A stretch of DNA of 64,000 bases from Squalus acanthias (taxonomy: Eukaryota): contig CM059427.1 in NCBI GenBank assembly GCA_030390025.1, positions 99,138,001-99,202,000 of the forward strand, read 5' to 3'. The notes under the pieces were generated by a model, which was not told the origin of the DNA, made no database searches, and worked only from the letters and a program-made list of their open reading frames with translations. A program made the translations under genes and the position numbers. Shown one piece after another: positions 53,255 through 63,582 of this stretch (its first letter is position 1; every line of letters starts with the position of its first letter).

Positions 53255-53555
53255 CTGAGCATGGAAAGGTCAAACCTCAGTGGGGCATAGTAGTTGTTGG
53301 GTACTACTAGTGGCTGCCTTACCACGGGTTAGAGAAGAGAAAAATGAAGCATGGGGATTGGCTCCTCATCTACTGGCTGTTGCTGGAAGTGCATGTGTGT
53401 GAATGTCAGGCTGGGCAGGATCAAGTTCGGTTGTGATGACCTCCAATATGGAACACTTGCTGTCAAGGCTCACGCGTGAAGAATGATCTACCAATGGGAC
53501 TGGACTCCATCAAGGGAGTTGATGATTTCACAATGGGAGGAGAAAACATTGCCAG
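53255..53555 (+). mobile_element. LmeSINE1-like SINE, decayed
   Basis: GCTGGAAGTGCATGTGTGTG...GTTGTGATGACCTCC...CTGTCAAGGCTCACGCGTGAAGAATG. Confidence 0.6.
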
Positions 53556-53630
53556 ATAATTTTTTTTTAAAGTGGAAATGCCAAAGAAAGAAACGAGTCT
53601 GGAATGAACAATATAGGGTATAAGGTTATA

Positions 53631-54310
53631 AGAAGGTAAGCATGCAGGTGCAGCAGGCGGTTAAGAAGGCAAATGGTATGTTGGCCTTCATAGCGAGAGG
53701 ATTCGAGTACAGGAGCAAGGATGTCTTGCTGCAGTTGTACAGGGCCTTGGTGAGACCACACCTTGAGTATAGTGTGCAGTTTTGGTCGCCTTATCTGAGG
53801 AAGGATGATCTTGCCATGGAGGGAGTGCAGCGAAGATTCACCAGACTGATATCTGGGATGGCAGGAATGACGTATGAAGAGAGATTGGGTCAATTAGGCT
53901 TATATTCGCTGGAGTTTGGAAGAATGAGAGGGGATCTCATTGAAACTTAAAAAATTCCAACAGGACTAGACAGACTAGATGCAGGAAGGATGTTCCCGAT
54001 GGCGGGGGAGTCCAGAACCAGGGGTCACAGTCTAAGGATAAGGGGTAAGCCATTTCGGACTGAGATGAGGAGGAATTTCTTCACCCAGAGAGTGGTGAAC
54101 CTGTGGAATTCTCTACCACAGAAGGCAGTTGAGGCCAATTCATTAAATATATTCAAGAAGGAGTTAGATATATTTCTTAAGGCTAAAGGGATCAAGGGAT
54201 ATGGGGAGAAAGCAGGGACAGGGTACTGAATTTGGATGATCTCATTAAATGGCGGAACAGGCTTGAGGGGCCGAATGGCCTACTCCTGCTCCTATCTTTC
54301 TATGTTTCTA
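53631..54310 (+). mobile_element. 5'-truncated CR1 LINE with one in-frame stop
   Basis: KKANGMLAFIARG...RPHLEYSVQFWSP...GDLIET* then RTRGHS...WNSLP, followed by the CR1 tail. Confidence 0.93.
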
Positions 54311-55002
54311 AGATATTCTAGTTTTTTGGTTGATTTAATGCGGTAGAGAGAGACATTTTCCCAGAGGATTATATTATTTGGGTTGCACGTGGAAGGAACA
54401 GGCTCAGTATCATAGAATCTTACTGCATTTGGACCACCTTGCGTGTACCAGCTCTTTGAAAGATGTGTCCACTCAGTCCATTCCGCTGCGCTTTTCCCAA
54501 TACTCTTATTTTCAATTTATGTTCTTATCCGCTGGACTAATGGGTAGATTCAGCAGTCCAGTAGTGTTTATGTGTAAGTGGATGCTTCTTCAAGTTGTAT
54601 TTGGCCATGACATTTGCTCATTGCTTTGTGCTCGTTTGTGCAGATATTTAGAAACTGACAGTAATTGACACCTATGTGTTAAAGAAGAGCTAATTTCTCA
54701 TTTCTTAAATTAAAGCCTGCCTATCTTCTTTTGTCACTTAGTTGTGTTATGTACAGTAAATAAGCCTGAGCAAAAAGGTTGCATTTGATCTGTATAAATG
54801 CTTGACCTACACACAGCATGGCACCTGCTAGAGCAGTACAAATTAAAAATATATTCCGTTGCTGAAGTGTCCGCCATGGTTCAGTGATAGTTGACTTGCC
54901 TCTGAGTCACAAGGTCGTAGGTTAAAGCCCCGCTCTGGTGACTTGAGCACAGAATCTAGCCAGACACTTAAGTGCACTACTGAGGGAGTGCTGCACTATG
55001 GA

Positions 55003-56170
55003 TTACATATGATTACATATGATATATGGCTCAGAAACAGCCCATTCGGCCCAACCAGTCCATGCCAGAGTTTATGCTCCACTCGAGCCTCCTCCTGTCT
55101 TTCCTCATCTAAATCTATCAGCGTAACTCTCTATTCCCTTCTCCCTCATATGCTTGTCCAGCCTCCCCTTAAATGCATCTATACTATTCATTTCAACCAC
55201 TCCCTGTGGTAGCGAGTTCCACATTCTTACAACTCTTTGGGTAAAGAAGTTTCTTCTGAATTCCCTATTGGATTTCTTGGTCACTATCTTATATTGATGG
55301 CCTCTAGTTATGCTCTTCCCCACAAGTGGAAACATTCTCTCTGTATCCACTCCATCAAAACCTTTCTTAATTTTATAAACCTCTATTAGGTCACCCCTCA
55401 GCCTTTTTTCAAGAGAAAAGAGACCCAGCCTGTTCATCCTTTCCTGATATGTATACCCTCATATTTCTGGTATAATCCTTGTAAATCTTCTCTGCACCCT
55501 CTCGAGTGCCTCTATATCCTTTTTATAATATGGTGACCAGAACTGCACGCAGTACTTCCAAGTGTGGTCTAACCAAAGTTCGATACCGGTTTCACATAAC
55601 TTCCCTACTTTTCAATTCTATTCCCCATAGAAATTACCCTTGGATTGCATTTTTAATGGCCTTGCAAACCGCAAATTTTAGTGATTTGTGTATTTGTACT
55701 CTGCGATCCCTTTGTTCCTTTACCCCACCTAGACTCGCACCCTCCAAGTAATAAGTGACCTCCCTATTCTTCCTACCAAAATGTAATACCTCACATTTAT
55801 CTGTGTTGAACTTCATTTGCCAATTATTTGCCCATTCTGCAAGTTTATTAATGTCCTCCTGTAATTTGTTGCAGTCCTCCTCAGTATAGACTCCACCCCC
55901 CCCCCCCCCCCCCCCCAATTTGGTATCATCCGCAAATTTAGAAATTGGGTTTTTGATTCCAAAGTCTAAATCGTTAATGTAAATTGTGAACAGCAGTGGT
56001 CCCAGCACTGATCCTTGTGGAACACCACTACCCACCTTCTGCCACTGTGAATAGCTACCCTTTACTCCCACTCTTTGCTTTCTATCTTGAAGCCAGCTAG
56101 CTATCCATTCTGCTACTTGTCACCTGACTCCGCATTCTCTGACCTTATTCATTAGATTCACTTATCATTC
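55003..56170 (-). mobile_element. CR1 LINE with RT core, 5'-truncated
   Basis: GVPQGSVLGPLLFTIYINDL...FADDTKL and RRNFFTQRVVRMWNSLP. ATGGA is duplicated at 54998-55002 and 56171-56175. Confidence 0.92.
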
Positions 56171-56278
56171 ATGGAAGGTGCTGTTTTTCGGATAAGACGT
56201 TAAACTGAGCCCCATCCATCTACGCTCTAAGGCGCTAAGGTGGATGTAAAAGATCCCACCATACTATTCAAAGAAGAG

Positions 56279-57024
56279 AGCCAAGAGTTTTCGCTTTGGG
56301 CACAGTCGGCGATCTGTCCACACATTGTGCTCAAAATTGCGCTAGTTTTTACAAGTGTTTTTTTCCCCTCAAGTTTCCGTTCAAACTCATTTGCATATCA
56401 TCAAATGTAAAATCTTCCATGAACCAGTGTAATCGGGCAGCATTTTAGAATGTAATATTTTTTAAATGTTTGCATTAAAACTGTTCCTTGATGTATTTAA
56501 GAGTGGTAACCTGCTGCAGTTTTATTAATACAGCTGAAAATAGGTTTATCACAAAAACTAAGCATTTTTAATCAGTGTCCACCACCTGTGAGTAACCCAA
56601 TTTTAATTAACTAAAATTACTTAAAAAAACTATATAGAACCATTTACTAGTTACATTGGTGCACAGTAGTCAGTTTCTTAGTAAATTTAAAAAAAAGCTT
56701 TTTAAAACTTGCCTTTTAGTGTCCTTGCGCCTAAAAAAAATAAAAAAAAAATCTTAATTTTCAGAGCCTCATCGAAGGGCCACAAATGAGCACAATTAGT
56801 GGAACCTTGCCGTGGTGATTAATTCGATCTCGGGGCATGGCCAGTTTTGTGGGCAGGGCTGGCTTCGAGCGCGATGTTTTTAAACTAGCACAAAAGGTTG
56901 CGGAAACTCAATTTTTTACTGGACCTTATTCTGTGCTTAAAATTCCTCGATCTTTTGTGCTGGTTTGGCTGATTTTGGACGTTTGGGCTGAAAAACCAGC
57001 GGAACCGAGCAGAAACTCCAGGCC
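56279..57024. mobile_element. Harbinger-like MITE, 746 bp
   Basis: TIRs AGCCAAGAGTTTTCGCT / AGCAGAAACTCCAGGCC, with GAG on both flanks (56276-56278 and 57025-57027). Confidence 0.7.
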
Positions 57025-57339
57025 GAGAAGTTTACCCAGTGTCCTGGCCAATATTTATCCCTCAACTAACAAGACCAAAATAGATGATTTGGTCATTATC
57101 TCATTGCTGTTTGTGGGATTTTGCTGTGCGTCAGTTAGCTGCTGCGTTACCTGCATTACAACAGTTACTACGCTTCATAAATTCTTCATTGGCTAAGAAG
57201 TGCTTTGGGATATCCTGAGGACGTGAAAGGTCCTATACATATACAAGTTGGTTCTTTCTTTCAAGTTGACTTTGATCTGTAATTTAATTTCAAATACATA
57301 GCTGTAACTGGCAATTTTCATCCATGTTGGTGAAGTACT

Positions 57340-57965
57340 TGTAGGTCCTTGTTAATCTCTGTTCCCTAGCCACTGATTTATCCCCATCCCTGGCCACTGT
57401 CTCGGGCTGAACTAGATGGTTTGCAACCTTAGCATCCTACTTGACCCTGAGTTGCATTTTCAACCCCATTCCTCTCCATCACAAAGACCACCCACTTCAC
57501 CTCTGTAACATGATTGGTCGCTGCCGCTCCCTCAGCTCATCAGCTGCTGATACCCTCATCCACGCCGTTGTCACCTCCAGACTCCACTATTGCAATGTTC
57601 TCCTGGCCAGCCTCCCATCCTTCACACTTCAGCTCATTCTATATTTCTAACCTACTCCGGCCCTACAATCTCTCCCAAACTCTCCGTTCCTCTGATGCTG
57701 GCTCTCATGCATCTCTTTTCCCTCCTCCATTCATCCCACTATTGGTGGCAGTGCCTTCAGCCACCCACACCCCATGCTCTGGAATTCCAGCCTATCCTCC
57801 TTTAAGACCCTCCTTCAAACATACCTCTTTGACCAAGATTTTGGCCACCCCTTATAATAGCTCCTTCTTTGGCTCAGTATCCATTTTCTCCTTATGCCTC
57901 TGTGAACTGCCTGAGATGTGTTTATCCTTGCATTAAAGGCGTTGTATAAATGCAAGTTGTTGCTG
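57340..57965 (+). mobile_element. L2 LINE ORF2 3' fragment with internal deletions
   Basis: AADTLIHAVVTSRLHYCNVLLASLP and tail GGCGTTGTATAAATGCAAGTTGTTG. Confidence 0.8.
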
Positions 57966-59734
57966 TTGCCAGCACATGCCCATTCAGCCACAAGCCCTTG
58001 ATGAAAGCATTCATTGTTGCCTGATTTATTATTGGCATTTTAAGAATGTCCCGCAGCATTAAAACAGTGTTTGCGCAATTTGATCCTAGCTCTACACATG
58101 TCATTAATGGTTGGAAAATATTCTGTCTTGGCATGAAGTGAGTCACAATGAAAGATCACTTCTAGTACGCGGTGTCATACGTAGAAACAGCAATTTGATT
58201 TTCTTGAATGAGGGAGCAGATCAGTGTGGCAGTTTGTTACTGTAATGTGACACTAATTGGAAATGTTTGCTGCTTTCGTTCCCGGCCAAGTGACCAGCTG
58301 TTAGGGAGAGCTGTGCTTGGATTAACTGGATCTGTCTCAGGAGGGAATTCAAACCTGACTCAGGTATCAGGCTAGTCACGACATAAAGAGCATAGACTAC
58401 ACTAACCTGCACATGGTTCACTGAGAAGGCTGCTCAATTTCCCCAGCCACCTGTAATGGCTTTGTAATGAAGTGTGTTCACTGGCAGTACTTTCCTCTCC
58501 ATTGTAAATCGTTTCCTGCACTATATGATATCTCTAACATGAATAGGTACCATTACTTGTAGCCCAAGGGTTCAATTTGTGCACGAACATTCATTAACAA
58601 ACTCTTCGAGTCAGGTTGTATTATTCCACAGCATATATTTTTCTTCAGTCTCTATAATTTGACCCATTTACTTTACTCAAGGGATATGTCTCTGTAATAG
58701 AATGTGATCTCGTCTTATTTCCTTTGCCAATACAGGGGTCAGCTATGTTGGTAAAGGCATTAATTCTCTGCTGGCTTCTCATAAATAGGAACAATAGGCT
58801 ACCCCACGGTCTCCTGGTCCACAGGGAGTGAGTAGGAGAGACCCATGCCATAACCTCTGCCAATGCTGGCTGCGACGGATTGGAGATTTGTCTCGTTTCA
58901 AATCATAGAAGACCATACTTATAATATTTCTTTTAGATTATGGTTGCTGGCAGGCTGGTGATTATTTTAAAGTGGTTACTGCTTGCTGGGCTCAGAAGGT
59001 CTATATGTAGAGGATATTCACAATGCTGGCTAGTTTGTAGGCTCCCACTTCAAAGGCAGGTGCATCACCTCTGTCTCGATAAACTGCCTATCAAGTGTGC
59101 GATGCAAAGTTCACCCATCTGTTAGAGAGAGTTAATATTGATTATTGGGCTGCCAGAAAGAGACGGAGCTGATGGTTTGGGATTGTTGACCCAGGAAGGA
59201 GGGGGAGAGTTATCATTTCCTCTGACAGTTGCTTAGTTTCACACGTATGAACATTATATTAGGGAAACCTGTCGAACAGTCCGTGTGTTTTTGAAACCTA
59301 TCTTTTTTTTGACGGCGGTATTTGTTTGTGAACGACACATATTTGATCTCCCGTTGTCCCAGTTGTGTCTTCAAGGAAAAGAGACAATATAATTGGGGAT
59401 CAGTATGAAGGCTTCTCTCTCGAATCACTTTGCCAGGCAGTTGACTGATTTTGGGGGGGAAATTCCTGGCAGCTTTTAACATTTTTGTGTCTGGGGCTGC
59501 TATTATGGATCCTGGGTCATTGTTGTAAATGAAGATGGTTACAACCATTGGTGTGGATTTATGGATTAGAAACTGGACTCAAATAACGACATTTGAGCTG
59601 CTGTACATAGTTTTAAGATGTTCTTTACACATTTTAATTTGCACTATGGGTAGGTAGAGGTTTTTAATCACCATTCTCACTGATGACGTGTTTTTTTTGG
59701 TCTGGTATTTTTTATGATAATCCTATAAAAAGTT

Positions 59735-59945
59735 TCAGATGTGGCTCAGTTGGTAGCGCTCACACCTTGTGGGTTTGAGTCCCATTCGAGACTTGAGCAC
59801 AAAATCGAGGCTAACATTCCCAGAGGGAGTGCTGTACTGTCAGAGGTGCATCTCTCAGACGAGATGTTAAATTGAGGCCCAATCTGCCTCCTCAGGTGGC
59901 TGTAAAAGATCCCATGGCACTATTTGAAGAAGAGCAGGGGAGTTT
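59735..59945 (+). mobile_element. SacSINE1-like SINE, 5' half
   Basis: TGTGGCTCAGTTGGTAGC...AAAAGATCCCATGGCACTATTTGAAGAAGAGCAGGGGAG. Confidence 0.8.
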
Positions 59946-60658
59946 AATATTAAGTCCTCGGGAGCAGAGAATGCACGTCTATCTTTTGTTTTTGCATCAG
60001 TGGGATTATTGTTCACTTGGGTTATGCTACCTTCCAGATTAGTTTGTGCATGTCATGTTTCAGTTTATGGGGATTGTGGACTTGTCTGTAGAAGAAATTC
60101 TTTGTGCTGAGTACTAGAAAAAGTATGCAGAGAGCACCCGAGCCATGATCTTGAGTCAGGTGTTCGAGAGTGTTTGGACTGATTCTCTCGTTGTGAGAAA
60201 GCGTCTGACCTCTGCTGACTTCCTCTGACACCACAGCTGAGATCAGAAACTTGGGGAGTTATGGAAGGAAACCCATTACCCTACCCTATACACTGAGCAC
60301 AGATCTTGTGTTTTCTCACATCCGTGAGCAAACTTTAAGATCAGCTGTTTTCGTTCATTTCAGTTTTGTGGCGTGCAGACTTCGCATTGTAAAAATGGGC
60401 AGAGAATATCATAGTTTTGGGGGGAAATACCGAACTTTGTTGAATGAGTTATGTGAAGATTGGGGTTAGCCCATAGGATGGGGTGTAGATTCAGTACTTA
60501 GCAAGCCTTGTATAACAATTGCCTGCTTCTTCCCATCTTTGCTCCCAAAATTGAAATATTTTCAAAGGGCAGCCTTAATGTTGCTTAGCCATTTTCAAAT
60601 ATTGCATCTCTTGGTTTTCAGAGTTTATTAACTTTGGCTATGGCCTTGTGTTTTGCAG

Positions 60659-60717
60659 ATGCATTTGTGAACAGCCAAGAGTGGACGCTTAGCCGATCTG
60701 TGCCAGAACTCAAAGTG
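60659..60717 (+). CDS. AGAP1: Conserved 59-nt AGAP coding exon leading into the GTPase-like domain
   Basis: Acceptor TTTTGCAG| and donor |GTGAGT. Encodes (D)AFVNSQEWTLSRSVPELKV, matching AGAP1 as I recall it (AGAP3 has DSFVN, AGAP2 has AVINSQEW...IPELRL). Confidence 0.92.
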
Positions 60718-61409
60718 GTGAGTACTGTCACCAGCACGTTCAAATAAGGACATGGGCGTGATTCCAACAAAAATAATCTTCCTGGCCGGTTCCGATGATG
60801 TCCTGAACACTAAGTGTGAAGCTTGACTGTTTTTATTTTGTTGTCTGAATCCTTGATGAGATTATTTTCATTATGCTCTCTTTTTTTACTCCATCTTTCC
60901 AATTTACCCACCGAGGTATTGGAAAAGTACAGTGACCGTACTTCATTCTAATTTCTGCCGCAGATATTGACTGGCCTGCTAAGTGTTTTCAGCACTTTCT
61001 GTTCTTTATTACTTCAGAGAGGTTCTATCATGTAATTGTCTTTTTCTCTTGATACGTCTGATCTGTATGTGTGGTGTGTCGATTTGATCACTCTAACTTA
61101 TAGTGTGTATTATTGGTTTTAAAACTGCTACTGTAAAATAGAACTGCTAGTATTTTCCGCATTTGATATGGAATTGGCTGCTCAGTTATTAATTAGAAGA
61201 ATGATTTTGTAAAAAAATAAATTACTTTCCAAATTGTAGAATTTTGTTAGGTGCCTGCAATTTTTGTTGATTAAATGAGCAAGGCTAGGTTATGGAAGTG
61301 GTTTCTCCATAACCTGAGTTTAGAAATAAACTAAATCATCAAATGTTTTTATTTTTGTGTGTGACAGAAAAAGATTTATTTGAGCAATGGAACAACTTGA
61401 GTGGAACCT

Positions 61410-61885
61410 CTGACTCTGGCTCGCTCTCGCCCTGACTCCGGCTCGCTCTCGCCCTGACTCCGGCTCGCTCTCGCCCTGTCTCCGGCTCGCTCTCGCCCTG
61501 TCTCCGGCTCGCTCTCGCCCTGTCTCCGGCTCGCTCTCGCCCTGTCTCCGGCTCGCTCTCGCCCTGTCTCCGGCTCGCTCTCGCCCTGTCTCCGGCTCGC
61601 TCTCGCCCTGTCTCCGGCTCGCTCTCGCCCTGTCTCCGGCTCGCTCTCGCCCTGTCTCCGGCTCGCTCTCGCCCTGTCTCCGGCTCGCTCTCGCCCTGTC
61701 TCCGGCTCGCTCTCGCCCTGTCTCCGGCTCGCTCTCGCCCTGTCTCCGGCTCGCTCTCGCCCTGTCTCCGGCTCGCTCTCGCCCTGTCTCCGGCTCGCTC
61801 TCGCCCGGGCTCCGGCTCGCTCTCGCCCGGGCTCCGGCTCGCTCTCGCCCGGACTCCGGCTCGCTCTCGCCCGGGCTCCAGCTTG
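61410..61885. repeat. 22-bp CpG-rich minisatellite, about 21-22 copies
   Basis: Unit CTCCGGCTCGCTCTCGCCCTGT, with variant units at both edges. Confidence 0.96.
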
Positions 61886-62034
61886 CGCTCGCGCTCCCTC
61901 TCGGTTTTTATCTCGATGGAGGCAAATAGCTAGATGCATTTAAGGGGAGGCTTGATAAGTACATCATGGAGAAAGGAATCTAAGACTCTGTTGATGGGGA
62001 AGGAGAAGGACTAGGAAGATGTGGTGTTCGGGCT

Positions 62035-62103
62035 GCTCATGCAGGCTGCAGACTTTGGAAGTATACTGGCTGGATTCTTCCAAAGTCTGCAGCCTTCATG
62101 AGC
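62035..62103. repeat. Inverted repeat: 27-bp stem (1 mismatch), 15-nt loop
   Basis: GCTCATGCAGGCTGCAGACTTTGGAAG (62035-62061) / CTTCCAAAGTCTGCAGCCTTCATGAGC (62077-62103). Confidence 0.93.
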
Positions 62104-62882
62104 TGTCGTTTATTTGCTGTGCCAAAATAAGTCTGGTTGACATCCATGTTACACAGGACATTAGTTAAGATAAGTGCTTATAGAGTTTATCCCTTCTAAC
62201 TCGAGGTATGTACAGTACTACATGGAGCTGATTACTAAACAACCTTGTAATACCACTCTACCCAGTCACACAATGGTGTAATTCTCAGTTGCTTATCTCA
62301 CAGACTCTTATAATAACACTTCTTTACTATCTTGCAGCATTTTGAGAACAATAAGAAACATTTAACTTCCACAGTATTGTGTTAATTTATTGCAGTTTTG
62401 AAACATTTTGCTGCCCCATCCTCTGACCAAAAAAATTGTGATTTATCTGCATTGATAGATGATGCATAATGAGGTGCTGTGAGACAGATGATTATTTCTG
62501 CTCAAAGGGCAATCTCCTAACTTACCACTAGTGAGTTATAAATGTCTTCCTGATGAGGAGAATAAGCAGTGCTTCATTGTGCATTTCTTAAATCATTTTG
62601 CTGCATTGCAAATCTCTCACTCTTTACTTTTTGATAAAACTTGAAGCTGTTGCCTGATTATTCTCCTGTAATTTTGCACCTTTAGCTTTGGGAGGGGTCT
62701 CTGATGGGTCTGATGTTTCAGAGAGAAGAAGAGCAGTGTGCTTTGTAACAAACCAGTTCCACATGCTGGTAGCCGACGTGCCCAATATTTTTCAGTGCTC
62801 CGCATACCTTACAAGGTTGCCTCCAATGACCAGCAGGCCATTAGAAGTAACTCTGTCATGTAATTATCCAGCAATAATTTTA

Positions 62883-63310
62883 AAAAGCTAATGGAATGTT
62901 GGCCTTTATCTCGAGGGAACTAGAATACAAATGGGTGAAAGTTATGTTAGTTATATAAAGCTCTGGTTAAACCCTAGCTGGAGTAATTGCATTCAGTTTT
63001 GGGCACCACACCTCAGGAAGGATATCTTGGCCTTGGAGGGGGTGCAGCGCAGATTCACCAGAATGATACCGGGGCTAAAAGATTGTATAATTAGGCTTCT
63101 ATTCTCTTGAGTATAGAAGATTAAGGGGTGATCTAACTGAGGTGTTTAAGATGATTAAAGGATTTGATAGGGTGGATAGAGAGAAACTATTTCCTCTGGT
63201 GGGTGAGTCCAGAACAAAGGGGCATAACCTTAACATTAGAGCTAGGCTGTTCAGGGGTGATGTCAGGAAGCACTTCTTCACGCAAAGGGTAGTGGAAATC
63301 TGGAACTCTT
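62883..63310 (+). mobile_element. CR1 LINE fragment interrupted by the LTR element
   Basis: AAAGCTAATGGAATGTTGGCCTTTATC...CACTTCTTCACGCAAAGGGTAGTGGAAATCTGGAACTCT, then an abrupt break. Confidence 0.88.
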
Positions 63311-63504
63311 TGTGGTAACACAATACAGCTTCCTGTGACTCGAACTTTATTGCATCACTTCCTGTGATTAGTCCAGGATAAATACTGGACTGATCAGTTG
63401 AATCCTGGAGAGGCATAGAGTAAGACCTCTTTTGTATGTAGCACCTTTTTAGTTGATTAAAGCTTACTTTAAGTTCACCACGCGTAAGGCTCATTCTTAC
63501 GACA
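63311..63504 (+). mobile_element. 5' LTR of a Ty3/Gypsy retrotransposon (194 bp)
   Basis: Starts TGTGGTAA exactly at the CR1 break and ends TTACGACA (7/8 terminal inverted repeat, TG...CA). Contains ATTAAA at 63456-63461 and lies upstream of gag. Confidence 0.78.
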
Positions 63505-63582
63505 ATTTAATCAACTTTGAAAAACTTCGCACTCAAACTTTTTGAACGAACTCGGAACTAAGGATCCAGGGAATCACCCATC

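Larger units (their letters stand above)
54869..57262 (+). mobile_element. SacSINE1-like SINE split into three pieces (54869-55002, 56171-56278, 57025-57262)
   Basis: The three pieces join into one colinear SINE once the CR1 and the MITE are removed. Confidence 0.8.

Noticed and set aside
55896-55916. Poly-Gly insertion in the CR1 RT (also homopolymers near 2903 and 7044)
   Set aside because: Simple G/C homopolymer expansion or sequencing-length uncertainty.
61376-61939. 187-aa repetitive minus-strand ORF
   Set aside because: By-product of the stop-free 22-bp minisatellite.
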